The notes under the pieces were generated by a model that had not been told where the DNA came from, made no database searches, and saw nothing but the letters and a program-made list of their open reading frames with translations. Below are positions 36,707 through 47,310 of a stretch of 64,000 bases of DNA, one piece after another (the first letter of the stretch is position 1; each line of letters begins with the position of its first letter). A program made the position numbers and the translations under genes. The stretch is from a virus: positions 1 through 64,000 of IMG/VR virus record IMGVR_UViG_3300036770_008442; one strand, given 5' to 3'.

Positions 36707-37591
36707 TTAAGACCAAGACATATTTGACGATCCCAAAACTACCCACGATCCTTCTTGGTTACCCGTTCCCTTTCCAATTCTAGGTTCCCATTGAAGCTGT
36801 ATTGATGACTGATAAGGTCTATCTGCATCTACTGTAATTCCGGTAGAAGGGAATTTTCCATATGTGGAAATTGTATTAAATCCAGTATAGGATGATCCTT
36901 GAATTCCCGTCTTAATAACACCTCCAGAAGCTCCAGTATTCACAATTGTTATTCTTAATCCGTCGGGAATATTAGAAGCGGTAGCTCCAGTTGTTCCTAC
37001 GCTCATATAAAAACCAGGATTGCACTGAGCATAAATAACATCCTCTAGCCCAGTAATAACATAAGGACTACCTGAGGAAGTGGCTATCCCGCCTCCACCG
37101 GATGTCGAAACGGGGAATGGTGTTCCTGCAGTTGCTCCAGTAACAACAACGGTATTTTTGCTTCTAAAACTTCCAGCCAAATAACCAACGGTTAAAGCTC
37201 CGTTTAGATTAACAGCACCATTTAAATTAGTATTTCCGGTGAAAGTGCTGATTCCACTTTGGGCCAAGGCCCCAGAGAGATTAATAGCTCCGCTTCCGGT
37301 CAGAGTAGTAGTAGATAGACTTTGGAAGCTCGCAGCCCCCGATGAAGTAATCTGAGCAAGAGCAGTTCCTCCGCTAGGAACGATAATTGAATCAAATTTG
37401 CCGGATTTAGCAGAGATTCTTCCGGTTGATGCTAAGGATAGATCTAAAATCCCATTGGTAGAATCAATACCAAAAGTATTATTGTAAGAGTTAATCCAAT
37501 TCTGTAGTAGTAGAAAATTTGAATTAATAGTGGTCCTAGATGATGAGATAGAATCAGAACCTAAAATAGTCGTTGTGCTTACTGTCGCCAT
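36707..37591 (-). CDS. Short fibre-like S/T/G-rich structural protein
   Basis: Likely start MATVSTTT at 37591; ILGSDSISSSRTTINSNF anchor motif shared with the collagen fibres. Confidence 0.6.
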   Translation of the reverse strand: MATVSTTTILGSDSISSSRTTINSNFLLLQNWINSYNNTFGIDSTNGILDLSLASTGRISAKSGKFDSIIVPSGGTALAQITSSGAASFQSLSTTTLTGSGAINLSGALAQSGISTFTGNTNLNGAVNLNGALTVGYLAGSFRSKNTVVVTGATAGTPFPVSTSGGGGIATSSGSPYVITGLEDVIYAQCNPGFYMSVGTTGATASNIPDGLRITIVNTGASGGVIKTGIQGSSYTGFNTISTYGKFPSTGITVDADRPYQSSIQLQWEPRIGKGTGNQEGSWVVLGSSNMSWS

Positions 37592-37626
37592 TTGGTAAGA
37601 ATTTTTTAATTTCTGTAATTTTAGAA

Positions 37627-37634
37627 TATATATC
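37627..37634 (-). promoter_or_regulatory. GATATATA putative late-promoter element
   Basis: Exact motif in the divergent gap upstream of 37591. Confidence 0.55.
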
Positions 37635-37774
37635 TTATCATTTTTAAACTCCAAAATATGTCCGGACAAAATTTGGTCCGTCTTCATAGACTTCCACTCA
37701 GGATTCCATTGGAAAATTGCCACGGAAAAGGAATAAAGAACCCAAAAAATCAAATTATAGATCTATCTTAAATC

Positions 37775-38434
37775 ATGTCAGAGAACCAATCAAAAAGAGT
37801 TCCCCGCGGGGAGATGAAATTTTCAATAGTTTTATCAGAAGAACAAAAATCAGCTAAATCTCAAATCCGAAACCACCCCTTTAATTTTCTAACTGGAAAA
37901 ACTGGAAGCGGAAAAACATTGTTGGCTGTACAGATAGCACTGGACTCTTTTTTTAAAAGAGAAGTTGATAAAATAGTCATTACCCGACCAACCGTCTCTA
38001 ATGAAGACAACGGGTTTTTGCCCGGATCATTGGAAGAAAAAATGGAGCCTTGGCTAGTCCCCATTCGATCTAATATGAGAAAGGTTTTCGACAATCCGGA
38101 AATTTTGGATCGGATGGAAAAAGAGGAATGTATAGAACTCGTGTCTTTAACTCATTTCAGGGGTCGGACTTTTGATAATTCTGTTGTTATAGTTGACGAA
38201 TTCCAAAATTTAACTAAACAGCAGCTCGGGATGGTGCTTGGAAGACTTGGAAAAAATTCTAGGATGATCCTATGTGGAGACGGACAGCAGATAGATCTTA
38301 AATTTGCAAACGATTCAGCAATTCACGACATCCCCAAGCTCAAAGAATCTAAATATGTCTTTACAATTGGATTAAAAGATAATCACAGACACGAATCTCT
38401 AGATGAGGTGTTGAGGCTGCTATTTTCTTTTTAG
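37775..38434 (+). CDS. phoH: PhoH-family ATPase
   Basis: GKTGSGKT, ITRP, GFLPGSLEEKMEPW, RGRTF, DEFQN, GDGQQIDL, NHRH. Confidence 0.95.
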   Translation: MSENQSKRVPRGEMKFSIVLSEEQKSAKSQIRNHPFNFLTGKTGSGKTLLAVQIALDSFFKREVDKIVITRPTVSNEDNGFLPGSLEEKMEPWLVPIRSNMRKVFDNPEILDRMEKEECIELVSLTHFRGRTFDNSVVIVDEFQNLTKQQLGMVLGRLGKNSRMILCGDGQQIDLKFANDSAIHDIPKLKESKYVFTIGLKDNHRHESLDEVLRLLFSF

Positions 38435-41400
38435 TACTGATTGAAAGTTGCGTCTGGATTATCTGGAATAAATATCCCAGATCCAAATTGAATTCTATTA
38501 TCGAATAAAATCTCTAGGCGTTCTTTAGATAGATCCTCTGCTAGCTGGAAAGATTTTGAATTCCGGTCTACCTTAGTTTCTACATATCCATAATCAGCAG
38601 AATTAACATATTCTGGATTTGGATCGTCCGCAAGAGGAATTGATTGATTGACAACTTTAATCATGGCGGGTTTGGAAATTTCATAAACATTACCCGCCGA
38701 GTCCTCAACTGAATTAACAATGGAATAATATCCAGATCTAGTAAAAGTGTAAATAAAATAGGGAACATTCTTAACATCTAGCAAGATCTCTCCTGTTTTA
38801 GAATTAGAAAGAACCCATCTGTTATTTCTTTTACCAAATATTTTGGAATCGTAGTTGCTCAAAAAAACTGTCGATAGCATGGGAACATAAAGATCCCTTT
38901 CTGAGTTATGAACATCAAACCAAGTCCATGCTCCAGATCCTGCTCTAGAGATGATTTCTCCCATGCTCTTACCAGTTTGAGGTTTATAGCTTTCCAGAAG
39001 ACTAACAAAGGATCCGGTTCCACCCTCATATGGAAGATTTAGTGGTCCATTATTGCCATAATAAGATCCCGCCACGAATAAATCAGAATTGCTGGAAACG
39101 TGATATTTAAGACCAAACTGATCTATAGCCAGTGGGGTTAAACAAATCTGAGCAGCACCCGCCTCCATGTTTGTCGGAAGGGTTCCAGTAACAGATCCAT
39201 TTAAATAATTTATCTGGAAAAAAGAACCAAGATTACTGATAGAGCTAGGCACAAAAGACCCGGTATTTCCAGCTGAATCTGTGATAGAAATAGTAAAACT
39301 AGCAGCAGGAATATTAGAAAGAGTTCCGGAAATATCCAATCCGCTCTGAGATGCATTAATTAAAATAGCTCCACTGACTGGAGAGAAATAATAAGCAATA
39401 GCACCATTTACTGGTGGATTAAAACCAGTTACTTGAAAATCAACAGAATAACAACTAACTGGGAAAGTAGAAAAATCATCGATAAAGGTACCAGTCACGT
39501 TTCTTTTGATTAAAAGATGACCTTTCTCTGTGCTGCCCGGAGTCTTGGGATAATAAAAAGAAGAGTAATAATCATTATCTGTATTAGCATCGCTAGATCC
39601 GGCTTGACTCACATAATAAGTATCCTCATAAGATTCAGGTAAGACCTCATAATTGGAAAGAATCGAATAATAACCACCTGGTTTAACAGAAAGGGTTCCA
39701 AGATTTAGAGATCCAGAAGCTCCCGGTGAAGTAATGATGTTGCCATTGGGTGAATTTGAAAAAATAGCATTCCCCGTGTATAAGAAATCTAAATAATATT
39801 GAGATCCCGACTTAAATGGAGAAATTGTATTTCTCCAGTTTTGAAATCCCACTGCGTTTTTATCCGAATTTTTAATAAAAGACCCGCCAAGAGCAGAATT
39901 AGAAGAACTGTTTAAAATAAAGAAAGGCATTGCATATCCTGGCTTTGGATGGATCAAAGAAATACCGGGAGATGACACATTATATTTTGAAGTTCCAGTT
40001 AGTAAATATGTTAGAGAATCGGGAAGACCTGAAATTTTATCCAGCGAAAGAGACTGAGTGTTAGGACCGGTATCCCCAATCGAAACACCGTTTTTAAGAT
40101 CCAAATAAGAATCTAAATCTATTACCGTCCCGCCGTCCGTATAATTAGGGCCAAAGAAATTTGTAAAAATAAAATCTGGAGATTGTGGCATATCGCCAAA
40201 GTTTCCGTATTGGTTTTTAAGCAAAGAAATTCCCCCGCTATAGTTTACTGTCATGCGGACAGAGTTTTTAGAAACTGCTAAATCAACAGATCCAATTTTA
40301 TTAGGAGAATCTGCAGTAGGAACGCCAGGTCTAGGGTCATAAACAGAACTAGCTCCCGGGAAGTATCTAAAATTCTTTAGACAATAAGAGGACTGAGGGG
40401 TTTCACCCTGGGAAAAATCTATTCCGCCGTAACTAGTTTGGTTTCCAAGATCGAAATCAACCTCAGCTAGAAAAAATCCGTATCTGTCAACAAGAATACT
40501 AGTGTCGGGTAAATAAATTCCACTAGTTGCTCCGGTCGGTCCATTTAATATCCAAGGATAGTCATAACTGCTGGTAATTCCGGGCGTTGCTATATTAGAG
40601 AATCCTATCGGAGAACCGGTTGGACCACTAACTCCAGTTGCCGTCATATCAGGAGCTCCTGGATATTCGGAAGAATAAACGAATTTTCCGGCCTCTATGT
40701 ACTTCTTAAAAGCCCCGGCAACATACAAGGTTGAATCATCCAGTGAAGGAACCGCTTTAAAGACATAGGTAGAACTTCCCCTAAAAGGAATACATCCTAA
40801 AACTTGACCTCCGTCTGTATAGAAAGCTATGAATCCAACTGGATTAGGGGATCCACTAGAATCAGTTGGATTGGGATTAAGTAAAGTGTAACTCTCCTCC
40901 AGATTAGAGGATTGTCCGAGTACAATGGAAGGACTATCGGAATACCCCGTTACTACATTATATCCCCTGAATTTACAGGTGGAGGTCACCGTAAAGGGGG
41001 ATGTATCCTGGAGCCAAGAATTTGACGGAATCTTCTTAGCAAGATCCTGATCTTCAATAGGTATAACTGGTCCGTTGTTCCAGTATGCTTGTTCTCCTGC
41101 CCGATTATTTGCTATATCTTTGAAATCTGTTTCCAAAAAAAGATTTCTTGGGTCCATTCCCGGATGGGCAGTTATTAGATAATTAAGATCCCGATTGGTC
41201 CAGGTTGGAAAGGTCCAGGTGTACTTATCGGCCTTAGGTAGTCTAGCATGATCGGTAGTTGCACCTTCTGAGGTGGGTGTATAATAAACGAAATTCCATC
41301 CGGTCGAGCCAACATATTTAGACGTAGCATAAATATGAGGAATCTGGTAATCGAAAAGAACCAGATTATTCCCAGAGACAATCCAAAGATCCCCTGGATA

Positions 41401-42417
41401 AGCAGAGGATGTTGAGAAATTACTTTTCTCCTGGACGAGCATAAGATCAACTACCCGATCATCAATAAGATCGGAATTGGATTGATTATAATTCGTAAAA
41501 GTATCCCCGTTGAAATGATAGAATCCATCGGTAACACTCGTAGTAACCAGGGTTGGATCTCCTATTTTAAAGAAAACGTGTCCATTTTTTCGGGCAACCA
41601 CTTTAGTTACCCCTAATCCCCCACCAACATCCCATCTATAGTATTTTTGACCATCCCAATAGACTAATCCGTTTTGGGTTCCAAGCCAATAATTGGCGTT
41701 CTCATCAAAAGAAATTGAATAGACAATATTTGACCCGATCCCTGAGTTAGATGTATTTTTTTTAATCAGGTTTGGAATAGAAATCAGGCCATCCAAGAGA
41801 ACAGATGAATCAATTTTTCCATCTGGAATAATTTGTAGTCCGTCAGAGGTACACAGATAATACTCATAGTCACCATTAGAAGTACCCAAAGCAGTGATAT
41901 CATAAATATGTGGCCAAGTGTAGTCTTGAACAACCTCCTCCCAATTTTTTGAAAATTTATCATATCTCCAGAGGTATCCCCCTGTTGTTCCCACATCGCC
42001 AGTTGCTCCGGTTCCTCCACCCCCATTTAAAGGAGAGATAAATGCCAAAACATCGTTCCCGTATGGACATCCATAGATAGTTGGGACCTCCCAATTTGGG
42101 CTAATCGAAGAAAGAGATCCAAAATTAGAAAGATCCCAAGATTCACCCTCTTCTACAGACTCTCCGCTCAGATAGAAAACAAGATCCTGTCCAATTCCGG
42201 ACGTAACCGCACATCCAACCCATTTATTATTTTGAGGATCAATAGAGATTGATCTGGTATCTTTAAAATAAGGTAAACTACTAGGAACTGCAGAATTAGT
42301 AGAATTATAATAAAACCAATTGTCTCCATCAAATTTGTTTACATTTCTACCAACGCACCAGACAGACCCAAAAGAATCTAGAGAAGCCTGATTAATAAAT
42401 AAATTTTGGTTTGCCAT
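38431..42417 (-). CDS. Beta-propeller (two-component-regulator/PorZ-like) repeat protein, probable receptor-binding/structural protein
   Basis: Repeats YNSTNSAVP..SISIDPQNNKWVG, NTSNSGIGSNIVYSISFDENANYWLGTQNGL, YNQSNSDLIDDRV; C-terminal PKD-like YTFTRSGYYSI. Confidence 0.65.
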   Translation of the reverse strand: MANQNLFINQASLDSFGSVWCVGRNVNKFDGDNWFYYNSTNSAVPSSLPYFKDTRSISIDPQNNKWVGCAVTSGIGQDLVFYLSGESVEEGESWDLSNFGSLSSISPNWEVPTIYGCPYGNDVLAFISPLNGGGGTGATGDVGTTGGYLWRYDKFSKNWEEVVQDYTWPHIYDITALGTSNGDYEYYLCTSDGLQIIPDGKIDSSVLLDGLISIPNLIKKNTSNSGIGSNIVYSISFDENANYWLGTQNGLVYWDGQKYYRWDVGGGLGVTKVVARKNGHVFFKIGDPTLVTTSVTDGFYHFNGDTFTNYNQSNSDLIDDRVVDLMLVQEKSNFSTSSAYPGDLWIVSGNNLVLFDYQIPHIYATSKYVGSTGWNFVYYTPTSEGATTDHARLPKADKYTWTFPTWTNRDLNYLITAHPGMDPRNLFLETDFKDIANNRAGEQAYWNNGPVIPIEDQDLAKKIPSNSWLQDTSPFTVTSTCKFRGYNVVTGYSDSPSIVLGQSSNLEESYTLLNPNPTDSSGSPNPVGFIAFYTDGGQVLGCIPFRGSSTYVFKAVPSLDDSTLYVAGAFKKYIEAGKFVYSSEYPGAPDMTATGVSGPTGSPIGFSNIATPGITSSYDYPWILNGPTGATSGIYLPDTSILVDRYGFFLAEVDFDLGNQTSYGGIDFSQGETPQSSYCLKNFRYFPGASSVYDPRPGVPTADSPNKIGSVDLAVSKNSVRMTVNYSGGISLLKNQYGNFGDMPQSPDFIFTNFFGPNYTDGGTVIDLDSYLDLKNGVSIGDTGPNTQSLSLDKISGLPDSLTYLLTGTSKYNVSSPGISLIHPKPGYAMPFFILNSSSNSALGGSFIKNSDKNAVGFQNWRNTISPFKSGSQYYLDFLYTGNAIFSNSPNGNIITSPGASGSLNLGTLSVKPGGYYSILSNYEVLPESYEDTYYVSQAGSSDANTDNDYYSSFYYPKTPGSTEKGHLLIKRNVTGTFIDDFSTFPVSCYSVDFQVTGFNPPVNGAIAYYFSPVSGAILINASQSGLDISGTLSNIPAASFTISITDSAGNTGSFVPSSISNLGSFFQINYLNGSVTGTLPTNMEAGAAQICLTPLAIDQFGLKYHVSSNSDLFVAGSYYGNNGPLNLPYEGGTGSFVSLLESYKPQTGKSMGEIISRAGSGAWTWFDVHNSERDLYVPMLSTVFLSNYDSKIFGKRNNRWVLSNSKTGEILLDVKNVPYFIYTFTRSGYYSIVNSVEDSAGNVYEISKPAMIKVVNQSIPLADDPNPEYVNSADYGYVETKVDRNSKSFQLAEDLSKERLEILFDNRIQFGSGIFIPDNPDATFNQY

Positions 42418-42466
42418 TTTTCTTTCTGTATTTATCTGCTGTTAAACTTCTCTTTATTTTAATTCA

Positions 42467-42715
42467 TCAAACGGGGACAACAGTAACCAAATTGGATAGG
42501 GTCAGAGTATTAGAAACCCTTTCAGAATCTGTTACTTTCAGGGTCACATCAAAACTTCCTAGATAATTATAAAAAACAGAAGCAGTGGGACCGGTAGCAG
42601 AGGTAATAGATCCACCAACGAATGTCCATTCATAACTATAAGGTCCAATACCCCCAGTGGAAGTTTCCTGAAAAATAACAGATTGTCCTTGATTGATTTG
42701 AATATTATTTGGCAT
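42467..42715 (-). CDS. Stand-alone PKD-domain protein
   Basis: PYSYEWTFVGG...GSFDVTLKVTDS PKD signature. Confidence 0.75.
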   Translation of the reverse strand: MPNNIQINQGQSVIFQETSTGGIGPYSYEWTFVGGSITSATGPTASVFYNYLGSFDVTLKVTDSERVSNTLTLSNLVTVVPV

Positions 42716-42729
42716 TTTTCGTTTGTTTA

Positions 42730-45700
42730 TTATGGGCCAGTTGCATAAGTAAATGAAACAACTAAGGGAGCTGGTGCACCAGGAATACTAGCTGGAATAG
42801 GGGCTGTTCCCCCTGTTGCAGGGACGTCATAAAAACTTAGATCCAAAGGAGCAGAGGTGGTGAGGGATGCACTAGCAGTGGAGGGAATAACCCGATAATA
42901 AAAATTAGTAATATTGGGATCTGAAGAGTTGTTTAATTGGTCTACGGCAGACTCCAAAACCAGATAAGCAGAAGCACCAGTTGATCCAGTAGTTCCAAAG
43001 GTTACCCCCGTTGGAAATGGAAATGTTTCAGCCCCGGTACTAATTTTTATATGATCCCCAATCTTAGAACTGTGGATTTCATATCCTCCAAGCCAGCCAC
43101 TCTCATACCCGAAATCATCCCAGGAATGAGCATATGCTTCGTCCCAAGATGGATCCGTAAAAGTCTCCCAGTCTAAGAACTTGGTTCCGAAATATTTCAA
43201 ATTATCAACCGGCAGATTACCTTCTGCTGGATCCCAATTGACATAGGAGGTTCCCCCCGTAACTCCACCCGATAGAAAACTATCACTAGAAACCAAAATT
43301 AGAGATCCGGTTAAATTAACAGTTAAGGACTTGTCGTTTCCAATACTTCCACTGCTAGGATCTGCCACTATATTAATAGTAGCAGGATCTGAAGAAGGGG
43401 AAAGAGACTGGGCAAAATAATCAGGTTGAGTTGTGACCTTATTTATTTCTTCGATAATGGAATTAACAGTTGCCTGTAAATTAGATCCGGATGAAGTTGC
43501 TCCTATCACTCGTCCATCCACAGAAACAGATATTCCTCCACCTCCCGTAGTTTTTTGATCCGGATAAAGATCAGGCAAGACGTAATATCCAGTTCCCCCG
43601 ACTATGGAGGAAATTCCAGAGGTCAGACCAACCCCAATCTCATTATTAATGACATAAGGAACCTGAAAACTGTAACCAGTAGCTCCTTCAGGAATTATAA
43701 CTTTCCAAGACTTATTTAGGGTCGGGATAGATCCCGTTATGAATATATTTTCACCCGAAATGAAGTTATGCGGTTCCGTGGTGTGAATGGTAGCAAATCC
43801 ATATTGATCACCAGATATAAATTTAGAATACGCCTTGCTTATAGTCAGAATATTTTGGTCTATAACAAAGTTACCAGATGCACCCACGGAAGGAATTTGG
43901 GCAAGAACTGATAAATTTTGGCCATCCACTGCGTTATTTCCGTAAATAGCGAAATCCAGAATTTCCTCAGGTATTTCCTTGGTTAGATCAGAGTATGATT
44001 TTCCCTCTGCTGGATATTCCCAAATAGAATCATAATCGTCCCAAGAACGGATAGTCTGATCCCAGATGTATCTTTCATTTTCTCTATATCTTGTCCAGGC
44101 ATCAATTTGAATTGTTCTAGGAGAAACATTTATAGCCTGTTTCCTTATTTTTCTATTTTTAAAATTGAAAGAATCATAGATGTAACAGGTTACATCATAG
44201 ATACCAGGATAAGGTAAAAAATGTGCTAGCTTGTAAAAATTAAAAGCATAACCGCGATATGAGAAATAATATGGACTGCCGGATTGGGTTGGTGATTTTT
44301 GTATGATCCATTCTATTTCATTATAGGTCGAAAAATCAATGGAGTCCCAAGTTAAAGCTTGATTATCGAAGCTAAAAGCAGGCAAAGACATAGAGTCCCA
44401 GCTCATGCCCATTTCAGCCCAGTCCCAGGTGTCAACCTGGAGTTCTAAAACCAAAGGCATTCCGATAGGATTGATATAGGGATCTCCAGTAACTGGATCT
44501 AGGTCCGAAATAGGATCTTGAACGTTATCCCCCAGATTTTCTAAAAGCCCATTCTCCTTATAATAATAGAATTCAGAGATAGCGTTAATGAGGGATAAAT
44601 TCTGATTCTTATCGTATCTCTGTCCATTATGGAGGGGATTAACAATATTGCCAAAATCCGAGATGGGAGCGTTATTGACATTAATAGATCCTGTTAATTT
44701 CACAGGATTTATAGATGAATAATAATACAGAGTAGATTGCTCTTGAGGATTCAGATCCAGGACGACAGATCCGGTGGAGGCTCCATTGTTCAAAATCCCC
44801 AATGGATCAACCTGGGTTAATCCAGGATCAGTGGTTATATAAAAATCATACCCACTGGTTAGAACGTTAAAAATGTATTTTTTGCCTCTTGATAATTCAA
44901 GGGTGCTGTTCAATTTAGGAGAAGTCGAGAACAAAAAAGCATCTCCTGTAGGACCAACAACAGTCACCCCAATTTCAATAGCATCATCATAATTCATAGG
45001 GGCCTGAATAGAAATTGGACTAGTCCTCGTTCCAAATGCTCTAAGATCTTCAATAAATCCAAAATCTGGGTTTACGACAAAATCAATATTATTGCCAGAG
45101 GTAATATCATATCTCTCAACAAAATCAGTCCATTCCTTCGCATTATAGATGTTGTAATAAACTCCTTCCCCTGTAATATCAATAATTCTTGCATTTAGTG
45201 GCAGATAAGATTTTTTCAATCTTTCCTTCAGAGCAAAAAGTTTTAGGAGAACCTCTTCCTGAGTAAATGCGAATGCTTCCGGGGTTATGGGGTATCCATA
45301 ATCATCTAAAAGATCGGAAGTTCTATTGATATCATAATACAGGCCAAAGAGAGAAGTCTTTTTATAGGTTCTGCTAGGAACTAAAGTATTTTCAGACGAA
45401 ACGTCTAAAATATATTCACCATCCTCGTTTGGCCCATATGTTTGCTCCAGTCTGTATTTTCCACTGTTCTCATTGTCTAAGACATCAGCAATTAGAACTG
45501 ACTGATTAGCAGTTATGCTATTATCATAATTATCTAGAAAAATCTTATTCTCCTCCAGAGGAGTTAATTGAGTTTGATTAAACTGAAGATTCAGCCAGTA
45601 CTCCTTAATCCTAAGATCTTGATATCCAAAAAATTTAAGAGCACCAATTAATCCTTTGTAACTACCGATATAGGGAAAAATCTCTTCCCCCGCTACCATT

Positions 45701-46776
45701 AATTCTTTTCTCTTCTCGTTAATCTCTAAATAGTTTGGGAGTGGCTCGTTAGGATCATGATTTCTTAAAATAGGAGAATCAGATCCAAAGAAAGCTCTAC
45801 CTAAGTTTTTTGTCAATACATCAAGTCTTGAGTCTTCTCCTATTACCTGTCCATAAAAAAGTATCTCAGCAACCTTGGAAGGGGAATCATAAGTAATGTC
45901 TTCAATTATGAGTCTTCTCTCGTAGATTTCGGCAGCTATTTCTGGAGCCCCAAGAGCAACATTTACACTCAAAGCCCGAGAAGGAGTTGCCGATTCTGGG
46001 GTAACAATATACCCGAAAGAATAGGAATCTGATGGATTTTTAATAACAGGAAAAGCTATGTTTTCATAGTTCTTAATCGAAGGATCCCCGTTCAAATCAG
46101 GATCGTTTTCAACTATTTGGTAGGTGAAAATAATATTTGAAACATCGGTATTTCCATATGTTTGATTTTCCCACCGTGTTCTCCATAAAGGATTAGAAGC
46201 AGATCCAGTTGCACCCGTGTGGGGCAAACCCACGAAAGGACTATTAGTGGAAGAATCTCTAAATTCCTGAACAATAAAAATCTGCTCATTTTCAAAAAGT
46301 CCAGCAGAAACAGGCTCGAAAAAAACGGATCCCGTAAAATATCCGCCGGGAAGATTTTGGGTCAAACACTCCAAGTATGCGGTATTTCCATCGGAAATGA
46401 TGGTTGTTCCGAGAACACGGGAGAAGTTAATTGTAAGAATAGTAGCACCGATAGAAATAGAGGAGATTTCACCTTCCAGAATATTAGCAGGGTAAAATGT
46501 AGTCTTCAGAATTATCTTTCCTCCTTGAGAAATCTGGGTATTAATCGTATTTGCCCAAAGGGTCAAATCGTACCCATTCATATCTTTCTTATTCAGATAG
46601 ATAATATTAGAAGAGATGTCATAAAGTGAAATTCCACCCTGGGGTGGCGAAGCACTATAAGAGGAGCTCTCGTAATTAAAAGTATATGTTAGAGGTGGCT
46701 CTGCACTGGGTCCAACGTATTCAAAATTTAAGGGATGACCTCTTTTATCGAAAAATTTAAGATTCCTGTTTGCCAT
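42730..46776 (-). CDS. Large baseplate wedge-like structural protein (gp7-like)
   Basis: YIGSYKGLIGALKFFGY..LRIKEYW resembles the wedge/tail-P2-I core; adjacent to the gp6-like gene. Confidence 0.55.
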   Translation of the reverse strand: MANRNLKFFDKRGHPLNFEYVGPSAEPPLTYTFNYESSSYSASPPQGGISLYDISSNIIYLNKKDMNGYDLTLWANTINTQISQGGKIILKTTFYPANILEGEISSISIGATILTINFSRVLGTTIISDGNTAYLECLTQNLPGGYFTGSVFFEPVSAGLFENEQIFIVQEFRDSSTNSPFVGLPHTGATGSASNPLWRTRWENQTYGNTDVSNIIFTYQIVENDPDLNGDPSIKNYENIAFPVIKNPSDSYSFGYIVTPESATPSRALSVNVALGAPEIAAEIYERRLIIEDITYDSPSKVAEILFYGQVIGEDSRLDVLTKNLGRAFFGSDSPILRNHDPNEPLPNYLEINEKRKELMVAGEEIFPYIGSYKGLIGALKFFGYQDLRIKEYWLNLQFNQTQLTPLEENKIFLDNYDNSITANQSVLIADVLDNENSGKYRLEQTYGPNEDGEYILDVSSENTLVPSRTYKKTSLFGLYYDINRTSDLLDDYGYPITPEAFAFTQEEVLLKLFALKERLKKSYLPLNARIIDITGEGVYYNIYNAKEWTDFVERYDITSGNNIDFVVNPDFGFIEDLRAFGTRTSPISIQAPMNYDDAIEIGVTVVGPTGDAFLFSTSPKLNSTLELSRGKKYIFNVLTSGYDFYITTDPGLTQVDPLGILNNGASTGSVVLDLNPQEQSTLYYYSSINPVKLTGSINVNNAPISDFGNIVNPLHNGQRYDKNQNLSLINAISEFYYYKENGLLENLGDNVQDPISDLDPVTGDPYINPIGMPLVLELQVDTWDWAEMGMSWDSMSLPAFSFDNQALTWDSIDFSTYNEIEWIIQKSPTQSGSPYYFSYRGYAFNFYKLAHFLPYPGIYDVTCYIYDSFNFKNRKIRKQAINVSPRTIQIDAWTRYRENERYIWDQTIRSWDDYDSIWEYPAEGKSYSDLTKEIPEEILDFAIYGNNAVDGQNLSVLAQIPSVGASGNFVIDQNILTISKAYSKFISGDQYGFATIHTTEPHNFISGENIFITGSIPTLNKSWKVIIPEGATGYSFQVPYVINNEIGVGLTSGISSIVGGTGYYVLPDLYPDQKTTGGGGISVSVDGRVIGATSSGSNLQATVNSIIEEINKVTTQPDYFAQSLSPSSDPATINIVADPSSGSIGNDKSLTVNLTGSLILVSSDSFLSGGVTGGTSYVNWDPAEGNLPVDNLKYFGTKFLDWETFTDPSWDEAYAHSWDDFGYESGWLGGYEIHSSKIGDHIKISTGAETFPFPTGVTFGTTGSTGASAYLVLESAVDQLNNSSDPNITNFYYRVIPSTASASLTTSAPLDLSFYDVPATGGTAPIPASIPGAPAPLVVSFTYATGP

Positions 46777-46778
46777 AA

Positions 46779-47309
46779 TTAAAATACCCTCTTATTATTA
46801 AAAGGAACTGTGTAATTGAAAGTGTTTCTAATCTGTTTGACTGACTCGACCAGAGCAAAAACTATCTTTTGAAGCGAAAATAGGATCTCTGTTCTTTTAG
46901 GATCCCTAAAAATCACATTCGACATGGTCCGAGGAAATATTTGTTCCTTGTAATTAAAACCCTCCTTAACTCGATCATAAGCAGAATCTCTAATATCAAA
47001 TAGATTATCGGTGGGATCGAATTGATAATATCTCCTTTCCATATTATTCTCATTTATGCTCTTCATAATCGAAGTATAAACACTTACAGAAGAACAAGGA
47101 CCATATAGCATATCTCCCTTTGCATTAATAGTTGCTTTTCTATATCCACTGCAACCTATATTATAAGATCTTTCCTCTGCCTGAGCAATAGTCGGATAAA
47201 GATCGTTGTTCGTTTCAAAAACGGGAGTAGATGTCCGGTAAACTATTTTTCCAACATTATAGGAGTTCTGTTTTTCCTTCTCTAAATAAGGGCTATAGTT
47301 TCTATTCAT
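46779..47309 (-). CDS. Hypothetical baseplate-associated protein
   Basis: 176 aa ORF between wedge genes. Confidence 0.6.
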   Translation of the reverse strand: MNRNYSPYLEKEKQNSYNVGKIVYRTSTPVFETNNDLYPTIAQAEERSYNIGCSGYRKATINAKGDMLYGPCSSVSVYTSIMKSINENNMERRYYQFDPTDNLFDIRDSAYDRVKEGFNYKEQIFPRTMSNVIFRDPKRTEILFSLQKIVFALVESVKQIRNTFNYTVPFNNKRVF

Positions 47310-47310
47310 G

